Positions 30,254 through 38,824 of a DNA stretch of 64,000 nt are shown here, in pieces (within the stretch, counting starts at the first letter, position 1; each line of letters starts with the position of its first letter). The stretch spans positions 32,001 through 96,000 of the forward strand of contig DAIDJN010000059.1 of the NCBI GenBank assembly GCA_027451365.1, read 5' to 3'. Origin of the DNA: Phycisphaerales bacterium (GTDB lineage: Bacteria > Planctomycetota > Phycisphaerae > WQYP01). The notes beneath the pieces are model-generated. The model made no database searches. It was not told the DNA's origin and worked only from the letters and a program-made list of their open reading frames with translations. The translations under genes and the position numbers were made by a program.

Positions 30254-31693
30254 TTATTTGCGGCTGGACAACAACGGAACGATCTGATCTACACGGGCCT
30301 GCCAGGTGTGGCTGGCCGCGGTGGCCTGGCGATGGGCGGCTTTGCTGGTGCCTTCGGCCAGGGCGGCCTGCAACTGCGCCAGGAATTCTTCAGGGGTTCG
30401 GGCAATGCGTACCAGATCGGGAAAGTCGCGAAAGCCGGCCACATCGGTGGAAACAATCGGCTTGCCTGCCGCCAGATATTCCCACAGTTTGATGGGATTA
30501 AGACTTTCCACAAATTCGGTCATGCAGTGCGGTGTCATGCAGACATCAAACGCGCGCATAAATTGCGGCAGATCATGATAAGGACGCGGTCCGGGCAGCG
30601 CCACCCGGCCGGTGGCCAGAAGCCGTTGCGAATCGGCGGTGCTTAACATATTTGGACCCAGCAGCACCAGTGTGCCGGGCAAATTTCGGGCGATAAGCAG
30701 GCGGGCAATGGCCGCAACCATGTCAACATCCACGCGGTCGGCATGAATGGAACCGGTGTAGCCATACACCGGCCGTGGCCAGGCGGCCGGGTCGGCATCC
30801 GGCGGCAGGGGACCGGTGCCTTTGAGCACGGCGGCGTAATGGGCGGCATCCACACCATTGGGAATTAAATGAAGGCGGCGGGCAAGTTCTTTTTTTGAAT
30901 CGTATAATGCCTGGGAACATACAATCACATCATCGGCCAATTGGCACAGGCGGGCGTCCTGCGCAATGGTTAACCGCCGCAGGGCGGGGCGGTCGGTAAA
31001 ATGACTGAATTTGGTCCAGTCATCTGTAATGTCATAAATAACTTTAGATTCCCCCATGCGGCCAACAAGATGCACCGCGTCGTGGGCGTTGATCCAGAGC
31101 AACGCCGAGTCGCTGCCTTCCAATGCGACAGCCGTCTGCGGCGGCTTTAATGCGTCGCCCGGCTGCGCCCCGCTAACTGAGGCAACAGGCGCATCACCTT
31201 TATTTACTGCTTCCGGCAAAGCGGTTTCATTCATGCGCAGCCGCCTGATAGATGCGGTGGCACGGCGAATTTGAAGGCGAATCAGCCATTCGTTAAAAAC
31301 ACGGGCGACCGAGAGTGAATTGGGCAGAAATTTAAGCGGGCGGAAAATGGTGATGTTGGGCAGGCCATCCGGGTGCCACGGTTTGCCGCCACGCAGGCTG
31401 GCAAAATTGCGGGTGCGGATGGCGTTGGAAACGTCGCGTGGGGGCGCAACGAAAAGAATGTGCATGTCAGGAAAGCGGCGGGCGAGTTCGGCGCAGATAA
31501 ACTGATTCCTTCGCCAGATGTCATCCCAATTTTCGAGCGAAAGAAAAAGCAAAAAAACTCCGCCTGTTGTTTTTAACGAAAGGAATTTCAGCGTCCGGTC
31601 CATGAAGGCCGACAGTGCGGCGGAACGGCCGCTTCGTTTCAGCGGCGGGGGCGAGCGGTTCGTTTTCGCCATGCCCGCGACCGCCTTAAGCAA
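30254..31693 (-). CDS. GT-B glycosyltransferase (GT4-like) with a short in-frame repeat insertion
   Basis: YDITDDW, NGVD, NPIKLWEYLAAGKPIV; start uncertain. Confidence 0.85.
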   Translation of the reverse strand: MLKAVAGMAKTNRSPPPLKRSGRSAALSAFMDRTLKFLSLKTTGGVFLLFLSLENWDDIWRRNQFICAELARRFPDMHILFVAPPRDVSNAIRTRNFASLRGGKPWHPDGLPNITIFRPLKFLPNSLSVARVFNEWLIRLQIRRATASIRRLRMNETALPEAVNKGDAPVASVSGAQPGDALKPPQTAVALEGSDSALLWINAHDAVHLVGRMGESKVIYDITDDWTKFSHFTDRPALRRLTIAQDARLCQLADDVIVCSQALYDSKKELARRLHLIPNGVDAAHYAAVLKGTGPLPPDADPAAWPRPVYGYTGSIHADRVDVDMVAAIARLLIARNLPGTLVLLGPNMLSTADSQRLLATGRVALPGPRPYHDLPQFMRAFDVCMTPHCMTEFVESLNPIKLWEYLAAGKPIVSTDVAGFRDFPDLVRIARTPEEFLAQLQAALAEGTSKAAHRQATAASHTWQARVDQIVPLLSSRK

Positions 31694-31736
31694 ACCGCTT
31701 CATTTGAATCCGGTGGGGGGGTGATTCTTATATTCT

Positions 31737-32699
31737 TTATTTATTGACGGGGGTGTTCCCATGAGTTTTGCACAGCAACGATCGCGATTGCTGAAGCGCG
31801 ATATATTTGTACAGGCTGATTTTTCCGGCGGCCTGTTGGCGGCGTGCGGATTTTGCCACGCGAATCAGTGTCCAGAATAAAATGCGGGCAATGGCCCCGC
31901 AAATGTTGGCAATCCGGAAACTGAAAAGACCCGCCCAGCCGTGGTGCTTGCGAATAAAGTAATTGTGGCTTTCCAGTGCCATGCGGCTTATTTTGGGTTT
32001 AGAGTTGGCGCTGCTGGCCCCACCCAAATGGGTGACAACCGCCCGGTGCGTAAAGGCAATTTTCCAGCCGGCGTTGGCGATTCTTTTCTGCCAATCGGTT
32101 TCTTCGGCATACATGAACATGGCTTCGTCAAAGCCGCCAACCTGGGTATAGACTTTTCGCCGCACCAGCATGCAGGCGCCGATAACCCATGGGCAAAGCC
32201 AATCCGAATCGTGCGGCCAGTGCCGCAGGTCATCCCAGCCACAGCGAACGGGGGCGATGGCGGTAATCCACAGGCTTTCCAGCCAGGCCCGCCCCGGTGA
32301 TGGGAAGTAATAAACGGACTGCTGAAGTTTTCCGGGCGCATATTCCAGCCGCGGGCCAACAAGGCCAACCGCCGGCTGGGCTTCCAGGATGGACATCATG
32401 GCTTTCAGCGCACCGGGTGAAAGGAACGCGTCGCTGTTAAGAAGCAGGAAAAAATCGGCGGAGGGATGGGCGGCGGCCATGGCAATATTGTTCGCCGCGC
32501 CAAATCCGGCGTTGGTCGGATTACGAATCAGCTTTACCTGCGGAAACTGCTGTTCAATAGCCTGGGGTGAACCGTCGGCCGAGGCGTTGTCCACCACGAT
32601 AACTTCCAGTTCGAAACCGTCGGCGCACGCAAAGACGGATTCTAGGCAACGGAGCGTCAGGTCGCGGGTGTTAAAAGATATAATTAATATGGATATCAT
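31737..32699 (-). CDS. GT2 glycosyltransferase
   Basis: VVDNASADGS, NAGFGAANN, LLNSD, YAEETD. Confidence 0.92.
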   Translation of the reverse strand: MISILIISFNTRDLTLRCLESVFACADGFELEVIVVDNASADGSPQAIEQQFPQVKLIRNPTNAGFGAANNIAMAAAHPSADFFLLLNSDAFLSPGALKAMMSILEAQPAVGLVGPRLEYAPGKLQQSVYYFPSPGRAWLESLWITAIAPVRCGWDDLRHWPHDSDWLCPWVIGACMLVRRKVYTQVGGFDEAMFMYAEETDWQKRIANAGWKIAFTHRAVVTHLGGASSANSKPKISRMALESHNYFIRKHHGWAGLFSFRIANICGAIARILFWTLIRVAKSARRQQAAGKISLYKYIALQQSRSLLCKTHGNTPVNK

Positions 32700-32750
32700 G
32701 ATGTGCGCTGCGATTCATAAAGCAAACAGGGGGCGAAGAGCATGTGACGG

Positions 32751-33295
32751 ATAATCCACAGATTTTCACAGATTCACACAGATTTAAATAAACAGCTAGA
32801 GAATCAGGGATAAAAAAAGTTGGCGGATGATTATCCACAGATTCGCACAGATTGACACAGATTTAAATAAACCGCGAGAGGATTAGGGATACGAATTTGG
32901 CGAACGATTATCCACAGATCTACACAGGGCTTTAGCCTGTAAAATATTAATTATGGTCGCCCTTAATCTGTGCAAATCTGTGTTCATCTGTGGATCAAAC
33001 CGTCTCTTCGTGGTAAATCCGTTCTCGTCGTTAATCTGTGAAAATCTGTGTCAATCTGTGGATGGCATCGTCTTTTTTTTTGTGTTAAATTTAGTCGTCG
33101 TTAATCTGTGTCCATCTGTGGATCAAACCGTCTCTTTGTGGTGAATCGTCCTCTTCTAACTTCTGACTTCTAACTTCTAAATCCTTCGCCGCGTCCTTCG
33201 TGTCTTCGTGCCTTCGTGGTAAATCAGTCGTCGTCGTTAATCTGTGCAAATCTGTGTAAATCTGTGGATGACGTCGTCTTTCTTCGTGGTGAATC
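32751..33295. repeat. Composite inverted-repeat element of 10-nt (ACACAGATTN), 8-nt and 7-nt units
   Basis: Forward ATCCACAGAT..ACACAGAT blocks at 32751-32930 and reverse ATCTGTG..ATCTGTGGAT blocks at 32964-33271; homologous to 51351-51757. Confidence 0.9.
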
Positions 33296-33310
33296 GCTCT
33301 TTTTCAGATT

Positions 33311-35221
33311 TTAGATGCCAGGTTCTTTATGCTTCCGTGTCGCCACGGCGGCATATATGGCCGCGACTTGTGCGGCCATTCTGCTGGCGGTGAAGTGCTC
33401 TTCAAACCGCTGGCGGCCCGCCGCACCCATGGCGCGGGCTTTTTCAGGATTGTTCAAGAGGTCCGCAATTGCGGCGGCCAAACTTTGGGGATTGCCCGGC
33501 TCAAACAGCAAGCCAGTTTGGCCGTGAACCACTATTTCGCACGGGCCGCCGGCGTTGGCGGCGATAACCGGTTTGCCCATGGCCATTGCCTCCAGCAGCA
33601 CCAGACCGAAAGGCTCGGCGGGCGCGGGCAGTACAAAAATATCGCAAGCAGACATAAGGGCCGGAATGTCGCGACGGAAGCCTAAAAGCCGCACGGGCGG
33701 CTTTTTAATGGGCAAAGAGCAATGATCAATTGTCAAATGTTTTTGAAGCGCTTCGCTTCCGTTTTCTTCTAGATGCAAGGTGCTGGGTGCTAGATTCTTT
33801 TCCGGCTGACTTTTGGTTAATCTGTGCGAATCTGTGTCAATCTGTGGATTATTCGCCGTATTCTCTGTGTCTAAGCCAATTTCTGTTTTTTGCCCTCTGG
33901 CTTTTTTCTCGTTCGCCGTCGTCAATCTGTGTTCATCTGTGTCAATCTGTGGATTATTCGTCGCATTCTCTGTGGCTAAACCATCTTCTGTTTTTTGCCC
34001 CTTGGCTTTTTTCTCGTTCGCCCCCGTTAATCTGTGCAAATCTGTGTTAATCTGTGGATTATTCGCCGTATTCTCTGTGTCTAAGCCAATTTCTGTTTTT
34101 TGCCCTCTGGCTTTTTTCTCGTTCGCCGTCGTCAATCTGTGATCATCTGTGTTAATCTGTGGATTATTCGTCGCATTCTCTGTGGCTAAATCGTCTTCTG
34201 CTTTCTTCATTCCCGCGAACAGTAATTCGATGAGTTTTTCGATTTCGGGCCGTTGGTCGCCTTCACCGGCGATAAGCAACGCGGGCAACGCCACAGCGTC
34301 GCAACCAACCGTTTGGCGTCGCGAGGAGCTAAAAAAGCTTTGAAGCGCGGCGCTTGCCGGCTTTTCTTTTGTCTCATCCGTCGCCCTCGTCGATCTGTGT
34401 TCATCTGTGTAAATCTGTGGATTATTCGTCGCATTCTCTGCGGCCAAGCCGGCATCTGTTTTCTGACTTCTGGCTTCTGTCTTCTTCTGCTGCTGCTGCA
34501 GCAGCGCAAACGCTTTGATCAGCGTGGGAATATCTTTTTCTTTTTGCAGGCGGGCCGCGCAAAAAACGTTGCGGCGTTTTTCATTGACCAATAATCGCTG
34601 ATCACTGGTCAATGAAAAGTCAGAAGGCAGAAGACTGGATGCAGAAGAATGCGGACGCGTTTGGCTTCCGTTTTCTTCTGTTTTCTTCACAACGGGATCC
34701 GCATCGCGAATTCCGTTATGCACGACGGTTATTTTATCTTGGGGCGCATCGTGCCGGGTCAGCATCGCGTCGCGCACGGCCTGCGAAATGGCGATAAACG
34801 CGGCGGTGTTATGTTCCGCCCAGCGGTGCAAACGTGTGGCCAGCCAGGCCTTCGGGCCGCGGCGGCCGGTGCGGTTGGGGGCAAGGAAATGCTGCGTGGC
34901 CACAACGCTGCCGCGGCCGGCGCGTTTCATGGCGGCCACGGCCAGCAGATGGGTGCGGCCGTTGTGTGCGTGAATAATGTCCACCCGACCGGCGCGAAGT
35001 TCAGCGGCCAGCGTTGTGATGGTTGTCAGTCCGGGAAATTTTTCGGCGGCTATGTGGGTCACCGGAATGCGCGCGTCTGTGGCACGCGACCACAAGGCAG
35101 ATTGGCGGGGGCACGCGATGGTAACGGAAACGCCCTCGGCAAGCAGAGCGGCGGAAAGGTCGAAAACGTGCGATTCAGTGCCGGCGAACGGAAGGGTGTC
35201 CAGGAATTCTATCACGTGCAT
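33311..35221 (-). CDS. GT4 glycosyltransferase with three in-frame repeat-derived insertions
   Basis: GT4 core (AGTE, HAHNGR, ARLQKEKD, EPFGLVLLEAMA) interrupted by repeat-encoded loops; frame stays open. Confidence 0.85.
   Translation of the reverse strand: MHVIEFLDTLPFAGTESHVFDLSAALLAEGVSVTIACPRQSALWSRATDARIPVTHIAAEKFPGLTTITTLAAELRAGRVDIIHAHNGRTHLLAVAAMKRAGRGSVVATQHFLAPNRTGRRGPKAWLATRLHRWAEHNTAAFIAISQAVRDAMLTRHDAPQDKITVVHNGIRDADPVVKKTEENGSQTRPHSSASSLLPSDFSLTSDQRLLVNEKRRNVFCAARLQKEKDIPTLIKAFALLQQQQKKTEARSQKTDAGLAAENATNNPQIYTDEHRSTRATDETKEKPASAALQSFFSSSRRQTVGCDAVALPALLIAGEGDQRPEIEKLIELLFAGMKKAEDDLATENATNNPQINTDDHRLTTANEKKARGQKTEIGLDTENTANNPQINTDLHRLTGANEKKAKGQKTEDGLATENATNNPQIDTDEHRLTTANEKKARGQKTEIGLDTENTANNPQIDTDSHRLTKSQPEKNLAPSTLHLEENGSEALQKHLTIDHCSLPIKKPPVRLLGFRRDIPALMSACDIFVLPAPAEPFGLVLLEAMAMGKPVIAANAGGPCEIVVHGQTGLLFEPGNPQSLAAAIADLLNNPEKARAMGAAGRQRFEEHFTASRMAAQVAAIYAAVATRKHKEPGI
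33818..34205. repeat. 105-bp tandem repeat (about 3.7 units, ABAB) inside the GT4 gene
   Basis: TCTGTGGATT at 33841, 33946, 34051 and 34156 (105-bp spacing); a further copy at 34414. Confidence 0.92.
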
Positions 35222-35231
35222 TTCAGGTATC

Positions 35232-35396
35232 CACAGACACGGGGTTTCACAAGAGGGAACGGAGATTTAAAAATATTATGACGATGAACGGGGATTCACA
35301 GGAGGTAACAGAGGATAAGCGAGGATTAAATAAATAATTATGACAAGGACGACGAACGGGAATTCACAGGAGGCAACAGAGGGAAAAAGAGGATTA
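35232..35396. repeat. 9-nt-period repeat blocks (TTCACAGGAGGTAACAGAGG type) downstream of the GxxExxY gene
   Basis: Three degenerate blocks, inverted relative to 35905-35930 and 36033-36058. Confidence 0.75.
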
Positions 35397-35476
35397 GGCA
35401 CCACGGTATTACTACCGATTTACGGGCGGGAACGGAGGATGGCCGAGGCCTGAATATTATTACGACGGGTGAGGCG

Positions 35477-35893
35477 TCACAAAGGGGAAACGGTGGGGCG
35501 ACTACCGGGGCGGTGGAAGCGGGATATGCCATCGCGCAGGTGTACCACATTGAAGTTAATTAATAATCCAACGGCTTTGCCACTGAGCTTCAGGTACGAG
35601 ATGATTTGCGCCTTGTGGATTGGCAGGAGCGCGTCAACTGCTTTCAGTTCCACGACAACCAGCTCCTCAACCAGCACGTCAATGCGATAGCCAACATCCA
35701 GCGTGGTGCCGTCGTACACCACAGGAAGTTCCACCTGGCTCCGCACTGAATGGCCGCTCGTTCGCAGTTCGTGGACCAGGCACGCTTCGTAAGCGCTTTC
35801 CAGAAGTCCCGGCCCCAAGGTGCTGTGTATCCGCATGGCGGCACCTATTATTTGTTCAGTCAGTTCCTTGTGCGCGGCCTCATTTTCGTTCAT
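35477..35893 (-). CDS. GxxExxY protein (PD-(D/E)XK nuclease superfamily)
   Basis: IIGAAMRIHSTLGPGLLESAYEACL (GxxExxY), RIDVLVEELVVVELKAV, AQIISYLK, GLLINF; GGAGG RBS before ATG 35893. Confidence 0.92.
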   Translation of the reverse strand: MNENEAAHKELTEQIIGAAMRIHSTLGPGLLESAYEACLVHELRTSGHSVRSQVELPVVYDGTTLDVGYRIDVLVEELVVVELKAVDALLPIHKAQIISYLKLSGKAVGLLINFNVVHLRDGISRFHRPGSRPTVSPL

Positions 35894-36103
35894 CGGTCCT
35901 CCGGTCCCCTCTGTTACCTCTGTGTGAATCAATTCCCGGTGTTTTCGTTTCTTTGTGGTCCTAGTGCACTTGTTGGCGGAGTCTATCTCGACGAATCGGG
36001 ATGGTGAACTCGGTCGTTCATCGGTCCTCCGGTCCCCTCTGTTACCTCTGTGTGAATCAATTCCCGGTGTTTTCGTTTCTTTGTGGTCTTGGTGCACTTG
36101 TTG
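35886..36103. repeat. 90-bp direct repeat (35886-35975 and 36014-36103)
   Basis: The two copies differ at two positions and are separated by a palindromic spacer. Confidence 0.92.
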
Positions 36104-37433
36104 TCTTAGTGTTGAATTTGATCGCCGGTGCTCGCTGGCGGGTGACTTCAAAATGCACCGCCGCCAACATGCCGACAGCGCACCAAGCCCATTCTATGCT
36201 GCCGCGCAGCCAATATTCGTCCACCATGCCGTGCGCAAAGCGGCCAAAGATAAGCGCGGCTCCCAAGGCCACCAGTGTAAAGCGTGGGTCGGCCGGCGAA
36301 AGCTTTTTGTGCGTATTCCAGGCGGTTAAAAGGGCCACGGCATATATTGCCAGAAATGCGGCAAGCCCCTGCACGCCGGTTTCGGCAAGGGTAATCAGAA
36401 ATACATTGGTTGGGTCCACTTGCTTGCGCAGCCCAACGCCCACGCCCAGCACCGGATGGTTTTCAAATTCATTAATCGCGTGGTGAATCAGTTGGATTCG
36501 CGGCTGGATGCTTCCCTTATTTGGATTAAAATCAAACGCATAATGCTGCTGCTTGTGCGGCAAAAACAAATAAAGCAAAACCAATAACGGCAACATGACC
36601 GCAGCCATGCGGGCCATTAAAATAAAGCGCCGGCGCAGCAGCAGAATTACCATGCATCCGGTGATGGCTTCCAGCCAGCCGCCGCGTGACAAGCTCATGA
36701 ATAGCGCCGCGCCGATAAGCAGCAAGGCCAAGCCCAGCCAACGGATCGCCCGTTTGCGGCCGACAATTTTGGCACCCAGCCACAACTCAAATGTAATGGC
36801 GAAGCCAGCACCAAAGGAAGATCCCCATGCGGCGTTTTTGTTGTTACCTGGTGGGTAGTGAAAATGGGTAGCCAGCACCAGAATCGCAAGAATCGCTAGT
36901 GCACCGACTGCCCCTTCCAAGGCAAAATGCAGGTCATCCGTTCCGCCAGGAAATGAAGCGCAGAGCATCGGGGCAATTATGATGAATACGAACATTTCCA
37001 CGAAGGCCTTAATGGCCTCCAGATGCCAATGCGGATAAAGGGCGCTGGAAACCAAGCAAAGGAAAAGATAAATAACGCTAGGCCACAGCGTGGGGCCAAT
37101 GCGCAATGGCTTTCCCATTTGGGCAGATTTCACCAGCACAATGGGCAGCAGAATTGCCATACACAATTCTGAAATTGAAAGGCGCAAGGGGATATGCAGT
37201 GGCACGGCTTGCAGCAGAGGAACTGTTGCAAAAGTAAGCAATAAACCAATTCGCGGCTGACTTGCGCTAAGGGCAATAAAAATGACAATAAAGCCCGCGC
37301 CGGCCACCAGCGGTGAAAAATGGGCCAAGACCGCGAGTACAACCGCTACGGGCAGCCCCCAGATAGCAACCTGGCCAAGGGATGTCCCCTTGGCCGGTGT
37401 CCGGCGTAAAATGTTATTGGGCATGGCTGTCAA
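36057..37433 (-). CDS. O-antigen ligase/Wzy polymerase family protein
   Basis: About 12 TM helices, SLSRGGW, HPVLGVGVG, NVFLITLAETGVQG. Confidence 0.82.
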   Translation of the reverse strand: MTAMPNNILRRTPAKGTSLGQVAIWGLPVAVVLAVLAHFSPLVAGAGFIVIFIALSASQPRIGLLLTFATVPLLQAVPLHIPLRLSISELCMAILLPIVLVKSAQMGKPLRIGPTLWPSVIYLFLCLVSSALYPHWHLEAIKAFVEMFVFIIIAPMLCASFPGGTDDLHFALEGAVGALAILAILVLATHFHYPPGNNKNAAWGSSFGAGFAITFELWLGAKIVGRKRAIRWLGLALLLIGAALFMSLSRGGWLEAITGCMVILLLRRRFILMARMAAVMLPLLVLLYLFLPHKQQHYAFDFNPNKGSIQPRIQLIHHAINEFENHPVLGVGVGLRKQVDPTNVFLITLAETGVQGLAAFLAIYAVALLTAWNTHKKLSPADPRFTLVALGAALIFGRFAHGMVDEYWLRGSIEWAWCAVGMLAAVHFEVTRQRAPAIKFNTKTTSAPRPQRNENTGN

Positions 37434-38824
37434 TTCGTGGGTGCTCCTATCGCTTGTCCGCTGGCGATAATTGGGTCGCGTGATTTTTCCGGGAAAAAGT
37501 TCTTAAGCTTAAGGAAATGCTTTTCATAAACGTGGTAGCTGATAAACGCCAACCCAAATGCGATAGCCACGGCGCTGGCGTAGTAGGCTAACAAGCCCAG
37601 CAGTGCGCTGTGCAGTATTTTTGAAAACAGAGAGTAGGGCAGCCAACGGATTTCTAGCGAAAGGTAAATATAATGGAACACGTACATGGCGTAACTGTAT
37701 TTGCCAATGGACCGGAGAAATTGAATGGACAGGAACCGCGACAGGATGGATGCAGGCTTGCAAGTCAGGACGTATCCCAGGGCGGCGCCAAACAGCAGCG
37801 GCGCCAGCGTGACATGGCCAATTACTGCCGTGGGCAGTCCATAAATGTAGCTGGGAACGAAGGCCAGATAGGCCGCAATGATAGCCACGGTAACCACGAA
37901 AGCCCCGCCAAAACAAATCCGCCATTCCATCAATTGGCCATTGGCCTGCAAAACCGCCAATGCCCCACCGATAAGCAATGAATCCGCCCGAAACAGCGTG
38001 AAGCTTGCCAAACCGTTGTAGATGACAAACGGGTTCCAGCCGGTTCCGGGCATCCATTGAACGGCAATGAAGCCTAATCTACTCAGGTTAATCGCCACTA
38101 TCCCAGCCACGGCCAGCCGCAGCAACCAGCGCGGCGGCAACAGGAATACAATCAGCGGCCAGACCAGATAAAATTGCTCTTCAATGGCCAGGGTCCAGAA
38201 GTGAAAAAAATTGCCAAACGGGCTGCCACCTTGGCTGGCGCTGTAAATATTGGTGGTATAGGTCCAAAGCCAAATCTGATGGTGGTAGGCGGCGGAAATC
38301 ATTTGCGGTACGCGGCCTAGCACCAGCGGTAAAATAACCAGAATTGCCAGCAATGTGCCGTAATATAGTGGGAATATACGCAGCGTGCGGCGGGCATAAA
38401 AATTGCGAAAATAATGTGCCTGCCCCTTGGATGAAAGCAATATTCCCGTAATAAGATAGCCGGAAAGCACGAAGAATAAATCCACACCCCATGCTCCGTG
38501 TGAGAACATTCTGGTAATAAATTCCACGGGGCGGCCGCCCGCGGCGATTTGGGAGGCGGGTATGCAGGCACAAAAATGCAGGCCGATAACGCCCAGAATC
38601 GCAAAGGCTCGCAGGCCGTCCAATTCGGGGTAATGCTTGCGGCCGCTGTATAACGGATCCGCCGAGCGCAGCTCTGCGGAGGAGTCAGAAATTAGGAGTT
38701 GGGGGTTAGGAGGGCTTTGAAGCACTTCGCTTCCTTTTCCTTCTAACTTTTGTCTTCTAACTTCTGGCTTCTTTTCCGTCCCCTGTCTTCCGCCTTCTGT
38801 CTTCTGATCGTCCATGTGGTTCAT
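37430..38824 (-). CDS. Acyltransferase-3 (OafA-like) O-acyltransferase with repeat-derived N-terminal extension
   Basis: LDGLRAFA, GVDLFFVLSGYLIT, FYARRTLRIFP, HFWTLAIEEQFY; ATG coupled to the upstream stop (TAATG). Confidence 0.9.
   Translation of the reverse strand: MNHMDDQKTEGGRQGTEKKPEVRRQKLEGKGSEVLQSPPNPQLLISDSSAELRSADPLYSGRKHYPELDGLRAFAILGVIGLHFCACIPASQIAAGGRPVEFITRMFSHGAWGVDLFFVLSGYLITGILLSSKGQAHYFRNFYARRTLRIFPLYYGTLLAILVILPLVLGRVPQMISAAYHHQIWLWTYTTNIYSASQGGSPFGNFFHFWTLAIEEQFYLVWPLIVFLLPPRWLLRLAVAGIVAINLSRLGFIAVQWMPGTGWNPFVIYNGLASFTLFRADSLLIGGALAVLQANGQLMEWRICFGGAFVVTVAIIAAYLAFVPSYIYGLPTAVIGHVTLAPLLFGAALGYVLTCKPASILSRFLSIQFLRSIGKYSYAMYVFHYIYLSLEIRWLPYSLFSKILHSALLGLLAYYASAVAIAFGLAFISYHVYEKHFLKLKNFFPEKSRDPIIASGQAIGAPTN

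Noticed and set aside
32751..34205. CRISPR array
   Set aside because: The units are internally periodic and occur in both orientations, the intervening sequences are repeated rather than unique, and there are no cas genes.
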